Shown here: positions 28,592-39,140 of the stretch, in pieces
How the letters are laid out: every line of letters begins with the position of its first letter
Position numbering within the stretch: position 1 is the first letter of the stretch
DNA from: Planctomycetota bacterium
GTDB taxonomy: Bacteria; Planctomycetota; B15-G4; JADJEK01
DNA length: 64,000 nucleotides
Direction of reading: 5' to 3'
Assembly: GCA_044225365.1 (NCBI GenBank)
Contig: JBGAIQ010000012.1
Coordinates: forward strand, 1 to 64,000
Position numbers and translations under genes: made by a program
Notes under the pieces: model-generated
What the model saw: only the letters and a program-made list of their open reading frames with translations
Told to the model about the DNA's origin: nothing
Databases searched by the model: none

Positions 28592-30106
28592 ATGGTTCAT
28601 CCGATGATTCGTTCGCGACTTCCGTGGTGCGCTTCGATCCTCGTTCTTTGCGGAACGGCGCTCGCCGGGGACTTCAACGGAGATGGTTACGAGGACCTGG
28701 TCGTCACGGCCTTTGGTGAGGACATCGAAGGACTGGGTCTCATCGACGCCGGTGCGGTTCACGTATTCTTCGGGAGCGCGAGCGGAATCACAACTGCCGG
28801 AAACCTGTACCTGACGCAGAGCGATCTCGTCTCCACGGAAGGGACGGAGGCGGGCGACTATTTCGGATCGGAATGCGCAGCGGGGGATTTCAATGGGGAC
28901 GGTTTCGATGACCTCGCCATCTCTGCCGTGGGGGAGTCGACGGCCGGCGATCCGGAGGACTACCCACACGGAGTCGTGCATGTGGTGGACGGGAGTGCCG
29001 GCGGTCTCGTCGTCGGACACGCGATTTCGTTCTTCCGTACGAATCAGGGAGTGACTTCGAACCCGGCGGCGAAGATCTCGAAGCACTGCGCCTTCTTCGG
29101 AAACACACTCGCGGTGGGCGACTTCGATGGCGATGGCCGCGATGACCTCGCCATCGGCACCTACGAAGCCGTGAAGGGAAAGCTCAATGCCGGTTCGGTC
29201 GTAATCCTTCGCGGATCTCCCACCGGTCTACAGTCCAAGAGTGCGAAGGTGTGGACGCTCGATTCGCCAGGAGTGAAGCGGTCGTCGACGACGTCCGGGT
29301 TCTTCGGCTACCGGCTCGCGTCCGGTGACTTCAACGGTGATGGCAAGGATGACCTCGCGATCGCGGACGATCCGACTTTGATCAGTGCCGCCGTGACGGT
29401 GTTGTTCGGCGGCAAGCACGGTCTTCGCGCGAAGCACTCCGTATATTTGCGCGAAGAGGATCTAGCGACTCCGGCGGGGCCGAATCTCGGGCTCGGGAGC
29501 GCCCTGTGCGCCGTCGACATGAATGGAGACGGTCACGATGAACTCGTGGTCGGTGCGTACCTCTCACTCCACACGGGCCTGAATCAATACAACGGATCGA
29601 TCCTGGTCTTCCGTGGCAAGTCCTCGGGACTCGAGGCAGAGCCGCTGCAAACTCTGTTCGGTACGGAGAACCTGGAGAATTTCGGGTGGGCCATCTCCGG
29701 AGGAGATTTTGACAACGATGGATTCGATGATCTGATCGTGGGATCGCCGTATCACGACTCCCTCCTCGCGACCGATTGTGGCGCCGTGCGAGTGATGAGG
29801 GGAACGGCCTTCGGATTCTCGTTTCCAACCGCGTGGGTCGAAGGGGACGGTCATCTTCCGGGGTCTTCCGGGACCAATGAGCGACTCGGTTTCGCCGTGG
29901 CGACCGGCGACTACGACGGAGACTCGATCCCCGACGCCGTGATCGGAGTGCCGTGGGAGAACGACGCCGGCGAGATTCTCCTGCTCCGAGGTCATACTGT
30001 GTCGGGCCTGTCGGCCTTCGCACTGTCGACGATCGATCAGAACACGAACGGTGTTTCGGATCACAGCGAATCCTCGGATTGGTTCGGCCGCGTCTTCAGT
30101 CGCTAA
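28592..30106 (+). CDS. secreted FG-GAP repeat (integrin-alpha-like beta-propeller) protein
   Basis: Seven GDFNGDGxDDL-type repeats with FG..L/GAV motifs; signal peptide. Confidence 0.9.
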   Translation: MVHPMIRSRLPWCASILVLCGTALAGDFNGDGYEDLVVTAFGEDIEGLGLIDAGAVHVFFGSASGITTAGNLYLTQSDLVSTEGTEAGDYFGSECAAGDFNGDGFDDLAISAVGESTAGDPEDYPHGVVHVVDGSAGGLVVGHAISFFRTNQGVTSNPAAKISKHCAFFGNTLAVGDFDGDGRDDLAIGTYEAVKGKLNAGSVVILRGSPTGLQSKSAKVWTLDSPGVKRSSTTSGFFGYRLASGDFNGDGKDDLAIADDPTLISAAVTVLFGGKHGLRAKHSVYLREEDLATPAGPNLGLGSALCAVDMNGDGHDELVVGAYLSLHTGLNQYNGSILVFRGKSSGLEAEPLQTLFGTENLENFGWAISGGDFDNDGFDDLIVGSPYHDSLLATDCGAVRVMRGTAFGFSFPTAWVEGDGHLPGSSGTNERLGFAVATGDYDGDSIPDAVIGVPWENDAGEILLLRGHTVSGLSAFALSTIDQNTNGVSDHSESSDWFGRVFSR

Positions 30107-30181
30107 CGTCCAATGACCGTCGCTACCACGGGCGCGCGGCTTTCATGGTAGCGACAGTCAATGGACGCGAGCGGTGATGCG

Positions 30182-31687
30182 ATGCTGAAATGGATTCGAC
30201 TCGTCATCTTCATTCTTGGCGTGTTTCAAAAGCCCACTCTGGGCGGTGACTTCAACGGCGACGGATTCGATGACCTCGTCATCGGTGCGCCGGGGGAAGG
30301 GATCGAATCGGCCGGCCTCGTTCACGCGGGCGCGGTCCACGTCGTCTTCGGCAGCGCGAACGGGCTGTCGAGCGCGAACGACGTCTTCTTCGTTCAATCG
30401 GACTTCCCGCTCGCGGGAGGCGGTCCCGCGAACGACAACCGATTCGGCAGCGTCGTCGCGAGCGGAGATTTCGATGGAGACGGCTACTCCGATCTCGCGA
30501 TTGCCGCGCCCGGGCAGGGCTTCTTGGGCGAACCGCTCGTGGGCGTCGTCCACGTCATCGCGGGCGGCCCGACTGGCTTCGATACCTCGAGCAAGACGAC
30601 GCTCGTCCGTACGAAGCACTCGATCTCTTCGAAGACGACGGCCAAGGTATCGAAGACGTGCGCGGGATTCGGCTATGCGCTCGCCGCGGGTGATTTCGAT
30701 GGCGACGGAAGGGACGACCTCGCGATCGGCTTCATCGAGCAGAAACCGAATCTCACCTACGGAGCGATCGCCGTCGTCCCCGGATCGAGCACGGGCCTTC
30801 GCACCAAGAAGACGCGCATCTGGACGCTCGAGAGCAAGGGCGTCGCGGGCAAGTCGACGATCGAGCACGGCTTCGGCGGCGCTCTCGCGGCGGGCGACTT
30901 CGATGGCGACGGAATCACCGACCTCGCGATCGGGACGAAGGCCAACGCGGCGTCGTCCTCGGTCACGATCCTGCGCGGCGGCAACAAGGGCCTGACTTCG
31001 AAGCACATTGTCCGCTTGCGCGATGTCGATGCGCTGCCTCTCGGATTCACGGGCGTTTCGCTCTTCGGCAGCGCGCTCTGCGCGACCGACATGAACGGCG
31101 ACGGAATCGTAGATCTCGCCGTGGGTGCGCCGCAGTCGACCGATCCGCAGTCGAGCCTTCCGACCGGTGTTTGTTATGTTTACTTGGGACAGCCAACCGG
31201 AGTGCAAACGACACCGTGGCAAACGCTCGCTGCCGGCGCTGCGGACGATCGGATGGGGGCGGCCCTCGGTGGCGGGGATTTCGACGGAGACGGGTTCGGT
31301 GATCTCGTGATCGGCGCGCCGCTGGCGGATTCGTTCAGCGCCGTCGACTGCGGCAATTTCCGGATTGCCAAAGGTTCCGCCATCGGCATCAGTCTCGGTG
31401 GCGCCGTCATCGAAGGCTCCCAGCTCGTTCCTGGCACGAACCTGGCGAACACGCGTCTCGGCGCTGCGATCCTCGGCGGCGACTTCAACGGCGATGGCTC
31501 GAAGGACTGCGCCGTGAGCATCCCCTTCGACGCGACGAGCGGCGCGGCGATCGGTTCCGTGCGGATCTTCGACGGCTACTTCGGGATCGGCCTCGCCCCG
31601 TCCTCGACTCCGTTCCTCGATCAGGACACGGGCTCGATCCAGGATGCCGGCGAAGCGGACGACGAGTTCGGCGCGGCGCTCGGATGA
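30182..31687 (+). CDS. secreted FG-GAP repeat protein, paralog of the upstream gene
   Basis: Seven GDFDGDG repeats, collinear with 28592-30106. Confidence 0.9.
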   Translation: MLKWIRLVIFILGVFQKPTLGGDFNGDGFDDLVIGAPGEGIESAGLVHAGAVHVVFGSANGLSSANDVFFVQSDFPLAGGGPANDNRFGSVVASGDFDGDGYSDLAIAAPGQGFLGEPLVGVVHVIAGGPTGFDTSSKTTLVRTKHSISSKTTAKVSKTCAGFGYALAAGDFDGDGRDDLAIGFIEQKPNLTYGAIAVVPGSSTGLRTKKTRIWTLESKGVAGKSTIEHGFGGALAAGDFDGDGITDLAIGTKANAASSSVTILRGGNKGLTSKHIVRLRDVDALPLGFTGVSLFGSALCATDMNGDGIVDLAVGAPQSTDPQSSLPTGVCYVYLGQPTGVQTTPWQTLAAGAADDRMGAALGGGDFDGDGFGDLVIGAPLADSFSAVDCGNFRIAKGSAIGISLGGAVIEGSQLVPGTNLANTRLGAAILGGDFNGDGSKDCAVSIPFDATSGAAIGSVRIFDGYFGIGLAPSSTPFLDQDTGSIQDAGEADDEFGAALG

Positions 31688-31709
31688 TCGCGAATCGGAT
31701 CCTGCTCGC

Positions 31710-32723
31710 TCACGTCTTCAATACGACGCGGAACCGTGCCTTGCCGCTCAACATCCGGTCGTACGCCTCGGCGGCTTTCTCGAGCGGATAGATCTCGCTC
31801 ATCGAGCGGACGCCGGAGAGCGCGCTGAATGCGAGCGTGTCCTGCGAATCGATCGAGGTTCCCGAATACCACGCGACGATCGATTGGCGGCCGCCGATCA
31901 GCATGCTGGGGTGGATCGTGAGCGACTCGGGCGCGCCGAGGATCATGAATGTGCCGGCAAGGCCAAGGCCTCCCATGACCGCTGCCATCGCGTCGCCGTT
32001 CGTCACCGTGGCCACGATCACGCGCGCTCCACCGAGCTTCTGCAGTTCGGCCGCGGCGTCGCCTTTCTCGCTGTCGATGTAGGCGTGCGCGCCGAGTTCC
32101 TTCGCGAGTGGTGCTTTGTCCTGTCCGCGCGCGATGGCGATCGTGCGAAAACCCATCTTCGAAGCGAACTGCACCCCAAGGTGCCCGAGGCCGCCGACGC
32201 CGAGGATCGCGACGAGATCGCCGGGCTTCGCACCGCTGTTGCGGAGTGCGTTGTAGGTCGTGAGCCCCGCGCACATCAGAGGGGCTGCATCGATCGATGA
32301 GAGATCCGCCGGTACTCGCGCGAGACCGCTCGCGAGCGCGCAGACGTAGTCGGCGTAGCCGCCGTCGCAGTTGATACCCGTGATCCGGCCCGTCGTCGTG
32401 CAGCCGAAGAAGAGACCGCGGCGACACGGATCACAAGCGCCGCAGTATCCACCGTTCCAACCGATGCCGACGCGGTCTCCGACTTCGAATCCTGCGACGC
32501 CCTTCGCGACGGCGTCGACGACACCCACGATCTCGTGTCCGGGAATGCGCGGGAAGGCGGAGCCGGGAAACAGTCCGTCCTTCGCGAACACGTCGCTGTG
32601 ACACACACCACAGGCTTCCACTTTGACGCGCACTTCCCCGTGCGCGGGCTGCGGGATCGGTCGCTCCACGAGTTCGAAGGGGCCGCCGCGTTTGCCGACC
32701 TGTACCGCTCGCATGTTCGCCAT
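31710..32723 (-). CDS. zinc-dependent alcohol dehydrogenase
   Basis: CGVCHSD, GHEIVG, CGACDPC...C, MCAG, GVGGLG. Confidence 0.93.
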   Translation of the reverse strand: MANMRAVQVGKRGGPFELVERPIPQPAHGEVRVKVEACGVCHSDVFAKDGLFPGSAFPRIPGHEIVGVVDAVAKGVAGFEVGDRVGIGWNGGYCGACDPCRRGLFFGCTTTGRITGINCDGGYADYVCALASGLARVPADLSSIDAAPLMCAGLTTYNALRNSGAKPGDLVAILGVGGLGHLGVQFASKMGFRTIAIARGQDKAPLAKELGAHAYIDSEKGDAAAELQKLGGARVIVATVTNGDAMAAVMGGLGLAGTFMILGAPESLTIHPSMLIGGRQSIVAWYSGTSIDSQDTLAFSALSGVRSMSEIYPLEKAAEAYDRMLSGKARFRVVLKT

Positions 32724-32766
32724 TTCGAGAGCTCTTTCGTCGATGCGCCTCGTTGGATGAGACGAT

Positions 32767-32800
32767 AGCGCGCGATCGCGCAGCCGCACGATCGCGCGCT
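32767..32800. other. perfect 12-bp inverted repeat (possible terminator or RNA hairpin)
   Basis: AGCGCGCGATCG-N10-CGATCGCGCGCT between two co-oriented minus-strand genes; no U-tract. Confidence 0.4.
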
Positions 32801-32825
32801 TCCGCCGCGTCCGAGCCGCAGACGA

Positions 32826-34073
32826 TCAGGGAACGTTGACGTAGATCAACTGGTCGGTCGGCAGTGCGTTCCCGAGGATCGGGAAGGGGAAGGGTCCGCC
32901 GATCGGCGCGGTGTAGTTGTCGGCGAGATCGGTGAATCCAGTGAGCGGGAGCCCGTTCGGCAGGAGCTTCGAGAAGCCGCCCCTCGAAGATCCGCCGTAT
33001 TCGATGGAGACGAACGTTCCGGTGCAGGCATCCGTGCGCAGGAAGAGACCTTCATCGACCCACACCGAAGCGTTGCTGGGATAAACCGTGGGGTTCGACC
33101 AGAAGCCGATGCTCGTGGTCATCATGTGGTACCACGGCAGGTTCGGGAAAGAGAAGTTGAGCGAGGTGAACGAGCCGCCGACGCCCGCCGTGTTCACGCA
33201 GGCGTTCGTTCCGTTGATGACGCGGAACGTGTGCTGCTTCGGGAACGTCGCGAAATTGCAGAGGCACGCGCCGCCGAGTCGCGTGATCGTGCCGCCGAGG
33301 ATGGGATCCTCGACGAAACAGCCGCCCGCCGCGGTCAGACTCACGTTGCGCGTCGCCTCGCCCTGGATCGGTCCCTGCGGCGAGAGTTGAACCGCCGGGA
33401 TGAACGTCTGCGCCGAGTTGTGCGGCGCGACGATGGCGAAACCCTTCGTGGGATGGAATGCGCCCGGCCTGCTCGAGAGCGACGGATTGTGGACGAAGAA
33501 GTCGTTCGCGTGATAGAGCACGAGCGTCGCGCGCGGCGGCACCCCGGTGCAGTTGCTGGCGTAGTCGAGGAAGCCGTAGAAGAACGCGGTGTTGTGCGGT
33601 CCGAAGGGCGCGATGCAGTTCGGGATCGGACAGAGCTGCGGGATACCGAAGGTCGCCACCTTCATGTCGGCCTTCGCCGCGAATCGCCAGACCTGGAACG
33701 GCGTGCCGGTGGAATCGAACTCCGTCCACGTGCGCGTGTAGTCGAGGGTCATCACGCCCGCGAGCAGCATGTTCCCCGATCCGACGTCGCGCACGAAGAT
33801 TTGCGACTGGAACTGGCCGCACACGGTCTGGACCGGCGCCGTCCAGTCGATCGTCTGCGGCGCTTGCTGAGTGGGGACGCAGTTGGTCCAGCAGATGCCG
33901 AGGCCTGGAATCTGAACTGCGGGAAACGTCGGCAGCGTCGCGAACGTCGGCGAGCAGCAGCTACCGATATTGAGATTGTCGGGTCCGCATTGCGCGAGCG
34001 CCTCGCCCGCGTTCGAAAGCCATGCCGCCGCGACGAGCAGGCCGAGACGGCCCGCGAGAGATCGGAACTTCAT
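32826..34073 (-). CDS. secreted cysteine-rich hypothetical protein
   Basis: Signal peptide ending ALA-Q; 14 Cys; AGGAGAGG RBS; no family recognised. Confidence 0.85.
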   Translation of the reverse strand: MKFRSLAGRLGLLVAAAWLSNAGEALAQCGPDNLNIGSCCSPTFATLPTFPAVQIPGLGICWTNCVPTQQAPQTIDWTAPVQTVCGQFQSQIFVRDVGSGNMLLAGVMTLDYTRTWTEFDSTGTPFQVWRFAAKADMKVATFGIPQLCPIPNCIAPFGPHNTAFFYGFLDYASNCTGVPPRATLVLYHANDFFVHNPSLSSRPGAFHPTKGFAIVAPHNSAQTFIPAVQLSPQGPIQGEATRNVSLTAAGGCFVEDPILGGTITRLGGACLCNFATFPKQHTFRVINGTNACVNTAGVGGSFTSLNFSFPNLPWYHMMTTSIGFWSNPTVYPSNASVWVDEGLFLRTDACTGTFVSIEYGGSSRGGFSKLLPNGLPLTGFTDLADNYTAPIGGPFPFPILGNALPTDQLIYVNVP

Positions 34074-34158
34074 GATGCCTCTCCTGGATTATGAGACCGA
34101 ATCATCCGCCGGCGGCATGAACGAGCCGTGGGCCCGGATCCCGAAACGACGCGTTCGA

Positions 34159-35106
34159 TCATAACCGGAGGGAACGCGATAGAGCGGCCGCCACGCTCGC
34201 CGCGACGCGGGCCGCATTGCCCTGGATCGCGCGGTGCGCCTCGAACCAGCCCTTCTCGCACGTTCCGTCGAAGATGCAATTCTTACGAACTTCGAGTACG
34301 AATGCGCGCGGCGCCGCCATTTCGGATCGTCGCGCCGCGTGGTGCAGTCGAACCTCGATGGCGCCGTTCGGCAGCAGATAGGGATCGTTGCGCTTCACCT
34401 CGTGGCCTTCGGCGCGCAGCCCTTTTTCGAGCGTGTTCATGAAGCCAGGTTCACACGTCGATCGCAGATCGTCGCTGCGGAGTTCGGGTTCGCGATAGTT
34501 CGGAAGTGCGATTTCACCGCGCGCGACCGATTCGGGGAGATCGAGGAGCGAGAGAGCGGGGCGCGCCGATCCGTCCGGAGACACGGGGTCGTAGGTGTGC
34601 ACGCCGATCGCGACGCATCCCGGCTGCGCCGCGAGCACCGTGTCGACGATTCCGCGTTCGATGGCGGCGTGCGCCGCATTCAGCCACTCGATCCGTTCGC
34701 GATCGAGTGCGACGGTGACATCGCTCGATACGGCGAGTCGGGACGTGTGCGGCGTCAGTCCGTCGTCGAGGCCGAAGAATCGCCCGGCATCGAGCAAGGC
34801 TCGCGCGAGCCGCACGCGGAGGCGCGATGCGAGACCGAGCTCACGCGCAAGCTCGCAGGCGACGGCATCCGCGCCGAAGTCCCGCTCGCGAGTGAATGCC
34901 GACGCGAACTCGGCCGTGAGCCCGCCGTGATCGCGCGCGAAAGGCGGATCGGCGAACAGGTCGGGGACGATGTCGCCGTCGTGGATCGAGTAGACGACGA
35001 CGCGGCCGTCGAGATTGCCGGTTCTGCCTTCGCTCGCGACGAGTTCCAATACATCGGAGATGTCGAGAGCTCGAATCTGCGGCGCGATCGGATCCGGCTC
35101 GCTCAT
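34159..35106 (-). CDS. N-formylglutamate amidohydrolase-like protein
   Basis: YSIHDG, ERDFGAD, RALLDAGR, IGVHTY, RNDPY, LEVRK pattern; 7 bp downstream of leuS. Confidence 0.65.
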   Translation of the reverse strand: MSEPDPIAPQIRALDISDVLELVASEGRTGNLDGRVVVYSIHDGDIVPDLFADPPFARDHGGLTAEFASAFTRERDFGADAVACELARELGLASRLRVRLARALLDAGRFFGLDDGLTPHTSRLAVSSDVTVALDRERIEWLNAAHAAIERGIVDTVLAAQPGCVAIGVHTYDPVSPDGSARPALSLLDLPESVARGEIALPNYREPELRSDDLRSTCEPGFMNTLEKGLRAEGHEVKRNDPYLLPNGAIEVRLHHAARRSEMAAPRAFVLEVRKNCIFDGTCEKGWFEAHRAIQGNAARVAASVAAALSRSLRL

Positions 35107-35113
35107 CGGCGAG

Positions 35114-37537
35114 TCAGCCCTTCACGGCGATCGTGACGAGACGGCCCTTCACGTAGAGGAACTTCACGATCTCCTTGCCCGCGACCGCGGCGGCGACCTT
35201 CTCGCTCGCGAGCGCGAGCGGGCGAACGGCGGCGTCGTCGGCATCGGCCGGGACCATGATGCGATCCTTGATCTTGCCGTTCACCTGAACCGCGACTTCG
35301 ACCGTGTCGTCGACGAGCCACTTCGGATCCGCGATCGGGAAGCTCGCGTGCGAAACGCCGCCCGTCCCGCCGAGGCGTTCATGGATCTCTTCGGCCATGT
35401 GCGGCGCGTACGGTGCGAGCAAGAGAGCGAAGGTCAGGAGCGCGGACTTCGGCCGCACGGTCTGCTTCGTCATCTCGTTGACGAAGACCATCATCGACGA
35501 GATCGCCGTGTTGAAGCGCAGTGCGTCCGTGTCGGCCCTCACCTTGTCGATCGTGCGGTGGAGCAGCTTGTTCAGCTCGTCGCTGAGCGGGACGTCTTGC
35601 ACGCTTTCGAGCAGTTCGTCCGTGCGGTCGTCGAAGTAGAGGCGCCACACGCGATTCAGGAAGTGGCGCGCGCCTTCGAGGCTCGTGGTGCTCCACGGCT
35701 TCTCGACGTCGATCGGGCCCATGAACATCTCGTACACGCGCAATGCGTCCGCGCCGACGTTGTCGACGACGTCGTTCGGGTTCACGACGTTGCCGTAGCG
35801 CTTCGACATCTTGCGGTTGTCCTCGCCGAGGATCATGCCCTGGTTGACGAGACGCTTGTACGGTTCGTCGACGGGGCAGAGGCCGAGGTCGAAGAGGAAC
35901 TTGGTCCAGAAGCGCGAGTAGATGAGATGGCCGACGGCGTGCTCGGCGCCGCCGATGTAGAGGTCGACGGGCATCCATCGCTTCGCGAGTTCGAGATCGC
36001 AGAAGACCGTGTCGTTCTTCGGATCGATGAAGCGCAGGAAGTACCACGACGAGCCCGCCGAGCCGGGCATGGTGTCCGTCTCGCGGCGCGCGGGCGCGCC
36101 CGTGCCTGGGACCTTCGTCTTCACCCAGTCCGCGGCCCGCGCGAGCGGTGATTCGCCCGTGCCCGTCGGCTGGTAGTTCTCGATGCGCGGCAGCTCGAGC
36201 GGCAGATGCTCGAACGGCAGGGCGTGCACTTTGCCGGCGTCATCGATCACGGTCGGGATCGGCTCGCCCCAGAACCGCTGGCGGGCGAAGATCCAATCGC
36301 GCATGCGATAGCGGATCTGTCGTTTGCCGATGCCCTGGCTCTCGAGCCACGAGTTCATCTTTGCGATCGCGGGCTGGTTCGTGAGACCGTCGAGGATGCC
36401 GGAGTTCACGTGCGGGCCGTCGCCGTCGTAGGCGGCCTTCGTCACGTCGCCGCCCGAAACGACCTCGACGATGGGGAGGCCGAACTTCTTCGCGAAGGCG
36501 TGGTCGCGCTCGTCGTGCCCCGGCACGCACATGATCGCGCCGGTGCCGTAATTCATGAGCACGTAGTCGGCCACCCAGATCGGGATCGGTCGACCCGTTG
36601 CGGGATTCGTCGCATGCGCACCGGTGAAGACGCCGCTCTTGCCCGCCTCGGGGCCCGAGCGCGCGACGTCGGACTTCGCCGCCGCCTCGGCGCGATAGGC
36701 GTCGATGGCCGCGCGCTGCGCGGAACTCGTGATGCGGTCGACGAGCGGATGCTCCGGCGCGACCACGCAGAACGTGGCGCCGAACATGGTGTCGGGTCGC
36801 GTCGTGAAGATCTCGAGCCGAGCATCGTGACCGACGATCGGAAACGCGGCGTCCGCGCCCTCGCTCTTGCCGATGCGATCGCGCTGCATTGCCTTGATCG
36901 ACTCGGGGAAGTCGACCTTGTCGAGACCGTCGAGCAGCCGATCCGCGTACTTCGTGATGCGCAGCATCCACTGCTGCATCGGGCGGCGCACGACGGGATG
37001 CCCGCCGCGCTCGCTCTTGCCGTCGATGATCTCGTCGTTCGCGAGCACGGTGCCGAGCGCCGGGCACCAATTGACGAGCATCTCGGTCTTGTAGGCGAGA
37101 TCGTTCTCGAGCAGCTTCAGGAAGATCCACTGCGTCCACTTGAAGAACGCCGGATCGCAGGTGCCGACCTCGCGCTCCCAATCGTAGGAGAACCCGACGC
37201 GCTGGAGCTGCGTGCGGAAGTTGTCGATGTTCGCCCGCGTCGTGACCTCGGGGTGCATTCCCTTCTCGATCGCGTACTGCTCGGCGGGCAGGCCGAACGC
37301 GTCCCAGCCCATCGGGTGCATCACTTCGAAGCCGCACATCCGCTTGAAGCGCGCGACGATGTCGGAGGCCGTGTATCCCTCGACGTGGCCGACATGAAGT
37401 CCCGCGCCCGACGGATACGGGAACATGTCGAGCACGTAGTACTTGGGCTTGCTCGACCTCGCGTCGGTGCAGAACGTCCGTCGCTCCGCCCACCGCTTCT
37501 GCCACTTGCTCTCGATCTTGCTCGGGTCGTACGCCAT
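35114..37537 (-). CDS. leuS: leucine--tRNA ligase
   Basis: MFPYPSGAGLHVGH (HIGH), GWDAFGLPAE, FTTRPDT, YGTGAIM editing domain, KMSKR, VQVNGK. Confidence 0.98.
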   Translation of the reverse strand: MAYDPSKIESKWQKRWAERRTFCTDARSSKPKYYVLDMFPYPSGAGLHVGHVEGYTASDIVARFKRMCGFEVMHPMGWDAFGLPAEQYAIEKGMHPEVTTRANIDNFRTQLQRVGFSYDWEREVGTCDPAFFKWTQWIFLKLLENDLAYKTEMLVNWCPALGTVLANDEIIDGKSERGGHPVVRRPMQQWMLRITKYADRLLDGLDKVDFPESIKAMQRDRIGKSEGADAAFPIVGHDARLEIFTTRPDTMFGATFCVVAPEHPLVDRITSSAQRAAIDAYRAEAAAKSDVARSGPEAGKSGVFTGAHATNPATGRPIPIWVADYVLMNYGTGAIMCVPGHDERDHAFAKKFGLPIVEVVSGGDVTKAAYDGDGPHVNSGILDGLTNQPAIAKMNSWLESQGIGKRQIRYRMRDWIFARQRFWGEPIPTVIDDAGKVHALPFEHLPLELPRIENYQPTGTGESPLARAADWVKTKVPGTGAPARRETDTMPGSAGSSWYFLRFIDPKNDTVFCDLELAKRWMPVDLYIGGAEHAVGHLIYSRFWTKFLFDLGLCPVDEPYKRLVNQGMILGEDNRKMSKRYGNVVNPNDVVDNVGADALRVYEMFMGPIDVEKPWSTTSLEGARHFLNRVWRLYFDDRTDELLESVQDVPLSDELNKLLHRTIDKVRADTDALRFNTAISSMMVFVNEMTKQTVRPKSALLTFALLLAPYAPHMAEEIHERLGGTGGVSHASFPIADPKWLVDDTVEVAVQVNGKIKDRIMVPADADDAAVRPLALASEKVAAAVAGKEIVKFLYVKGRLVTIAVKG

Positions 37538-38065
37538 GGGATGCCGGCCTTGGGATTCACACGAAACGGGGGATCATAGCAGTCCAAGGCGGCATCGCGA
37601 TGCCGCGATGCCCTGGCGGGGCGAGATGGCCGCGACCATGCGCGATGGGAGGAACGAGTCGCGGAACGTCGCAGATGGAGGCTTCCTCTGCGGCCTCACC
37701 TGGCCGCACGCAGATCGCGGAGGAGACCTCGTTGCGTTCCGCGTACACGATGGAATCGAGAGGGCTCGCGAGCGCGTCGTCATGACCTGTGTTGAATCGC
37801 TTGCCCGCGCGGAGAGGGATTACGCTTCGGAATCCCTCGGTTACGAATCCGTATCGATCGATCCCGCGACCGGGTGGGGAATCACGAGAAGAATATTGAT
37901 AAACTTGCAAGTGGGATCGCCTAACAAAAGGGGCGGGGCGTGGTTGTGCCGGGGCCATTCTCGACTCGAGGACTCGCCGGCGAGTTGGCCCCATCGTTGC
38001 GAGCCGTCGATGACGCGCCCTTCGCGCATCCATCGCGATCCCGGCCACCAACGAGGTACAGTTCG

Positions 38066-38899
38066 ATGACGACTCAGCATCGGTTCATGCCGTTCCTACT
38101 CGCCTTGATCTGCGCGACGACGCTTCCGCTCGCATCGGGATCCACCCAGACCGTCGCGTGCGGTGTCCCGGGTGTCTCGGTCGTATATGATCCCGTCGTG
38201 AGCGCTGGCACTCTGGTCACGATGACGATCAACAATCGAAGCGCCTTCGACCTCTTGTTCACTTCGAATTGTTATCTCGGCGCAATTTACTATGGGTCGT
38301 CTTGCTCCGGGCTCCCGGCGTCGAAGGCTTACTGCGGAGCGGTGGATATTTTGCTGCCGAAGGACACTTCCGTGACCACGAACAGCGTGGCGTCAACTTA
38401 TGTCCTATCACCGGGTCCCTACTTCGTTCCGATCACCTACTCGGCCGGAGGCGTCGTCTTCAAGTGCTGCCTCCCGATCACGATCCAATCCGGGCTTCAG
38501 TTCTACGGTCCGAGCAAGCCCGGCACCGACGGAGTGAGTCCAAACCTCGGCGTGGTCCCGCAAACGGGTCCCAAGATCGGGACGAAGTTCCTGCTCGAAC
38601 TGAGATCACCCGCGAACGACGTTCCCGCGGTGCTCTTGATGGGAGGCGCAGCGGCTTCAGTCCCTCTTCCGTGGGGAACGCTCCTCGTGGCGACGACGCC
38701 TCCTTTCATTGCAGCGCCCCTCTTCATCGATCAACCGTTCCCATTTGGACCCGGGGGATCGGCCACCATCTCCTTCCAGCTTCCGAATGTTCCGGCGCTG
38801 GTCGGATTCACGGGTTTCGTGCAAGCCGTAGTTCAAGATCCCGGGGCGGCCGGAGGAGTCTCGCACACCAACGGCATGAAGATCACCGTCGGCATCTGA
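38066..38899 (+). CDS. secreted hypothetical protein with the recurring C-terminal domain
   Basis: GAGGT RBS, signal peptide, Cys-containing N-domain, C-terminus QAVVQDPGAAGGVSHTNG. Confidence 0.8.
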   Translation: MTTQHRFMPFLLALICATTLPLASGSTQTVACGVPGVSVVYDPVVSAGTLVTMTINNRSAFDLLFTSNCYLGAIYYGSSCSGLPASKAYCGAVDILLPKDTSVTTNSVASTYVLSPGPYFVPITYSAGGVVFKCCLPITIQSGLQFYGPSKPGTDGVSPNLGVVPQTGPKIGTKFLLELRSPANDVPAVLLMGGAAASVPLPWGTLLVATTPPFIAAPLFIDQPFPFGPGGSATISFQLPNVPALVGFTGFVQAVVQDPGAAGGVSHTNGMKITVGI

Positions 38900-39140
38900 C
38901 CGCGTGCGCGCGGAGTCAGAAGGACCGTTCACGATTCGGACCGGCCTGCGACCGGCGACGAGCCGCGGATGCATCGTCGGACCTGCTCAACGGGTCCTTT
39001 CGCAGGGCGGTTCTGTACAGTGCGCTTCGGGATCGTTCGCCCACCACGCTCGGGCGCATCGCGCATTCGTTGGAATGCTCCAAGGCGGAACGAGCGACGG
39101 AACGGCTGGAGCTCGTGAAATGCATGCCTCTAGGAATCGA

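Noticed and set aside
35795-35815. LeuS has KMSKR instead of KMSKS
   Set aside because: The catalytic lysine is retained and this is a tolerated variant; nothing suggests altered function.
37589-37606. 18-bp perfect palindrome GCGGCATCGCGATGCCGC upstream of leuS (operator or T-box?)
   Set aside because: Single GC-rich instance with no T-box consensus, so no function can be supported.
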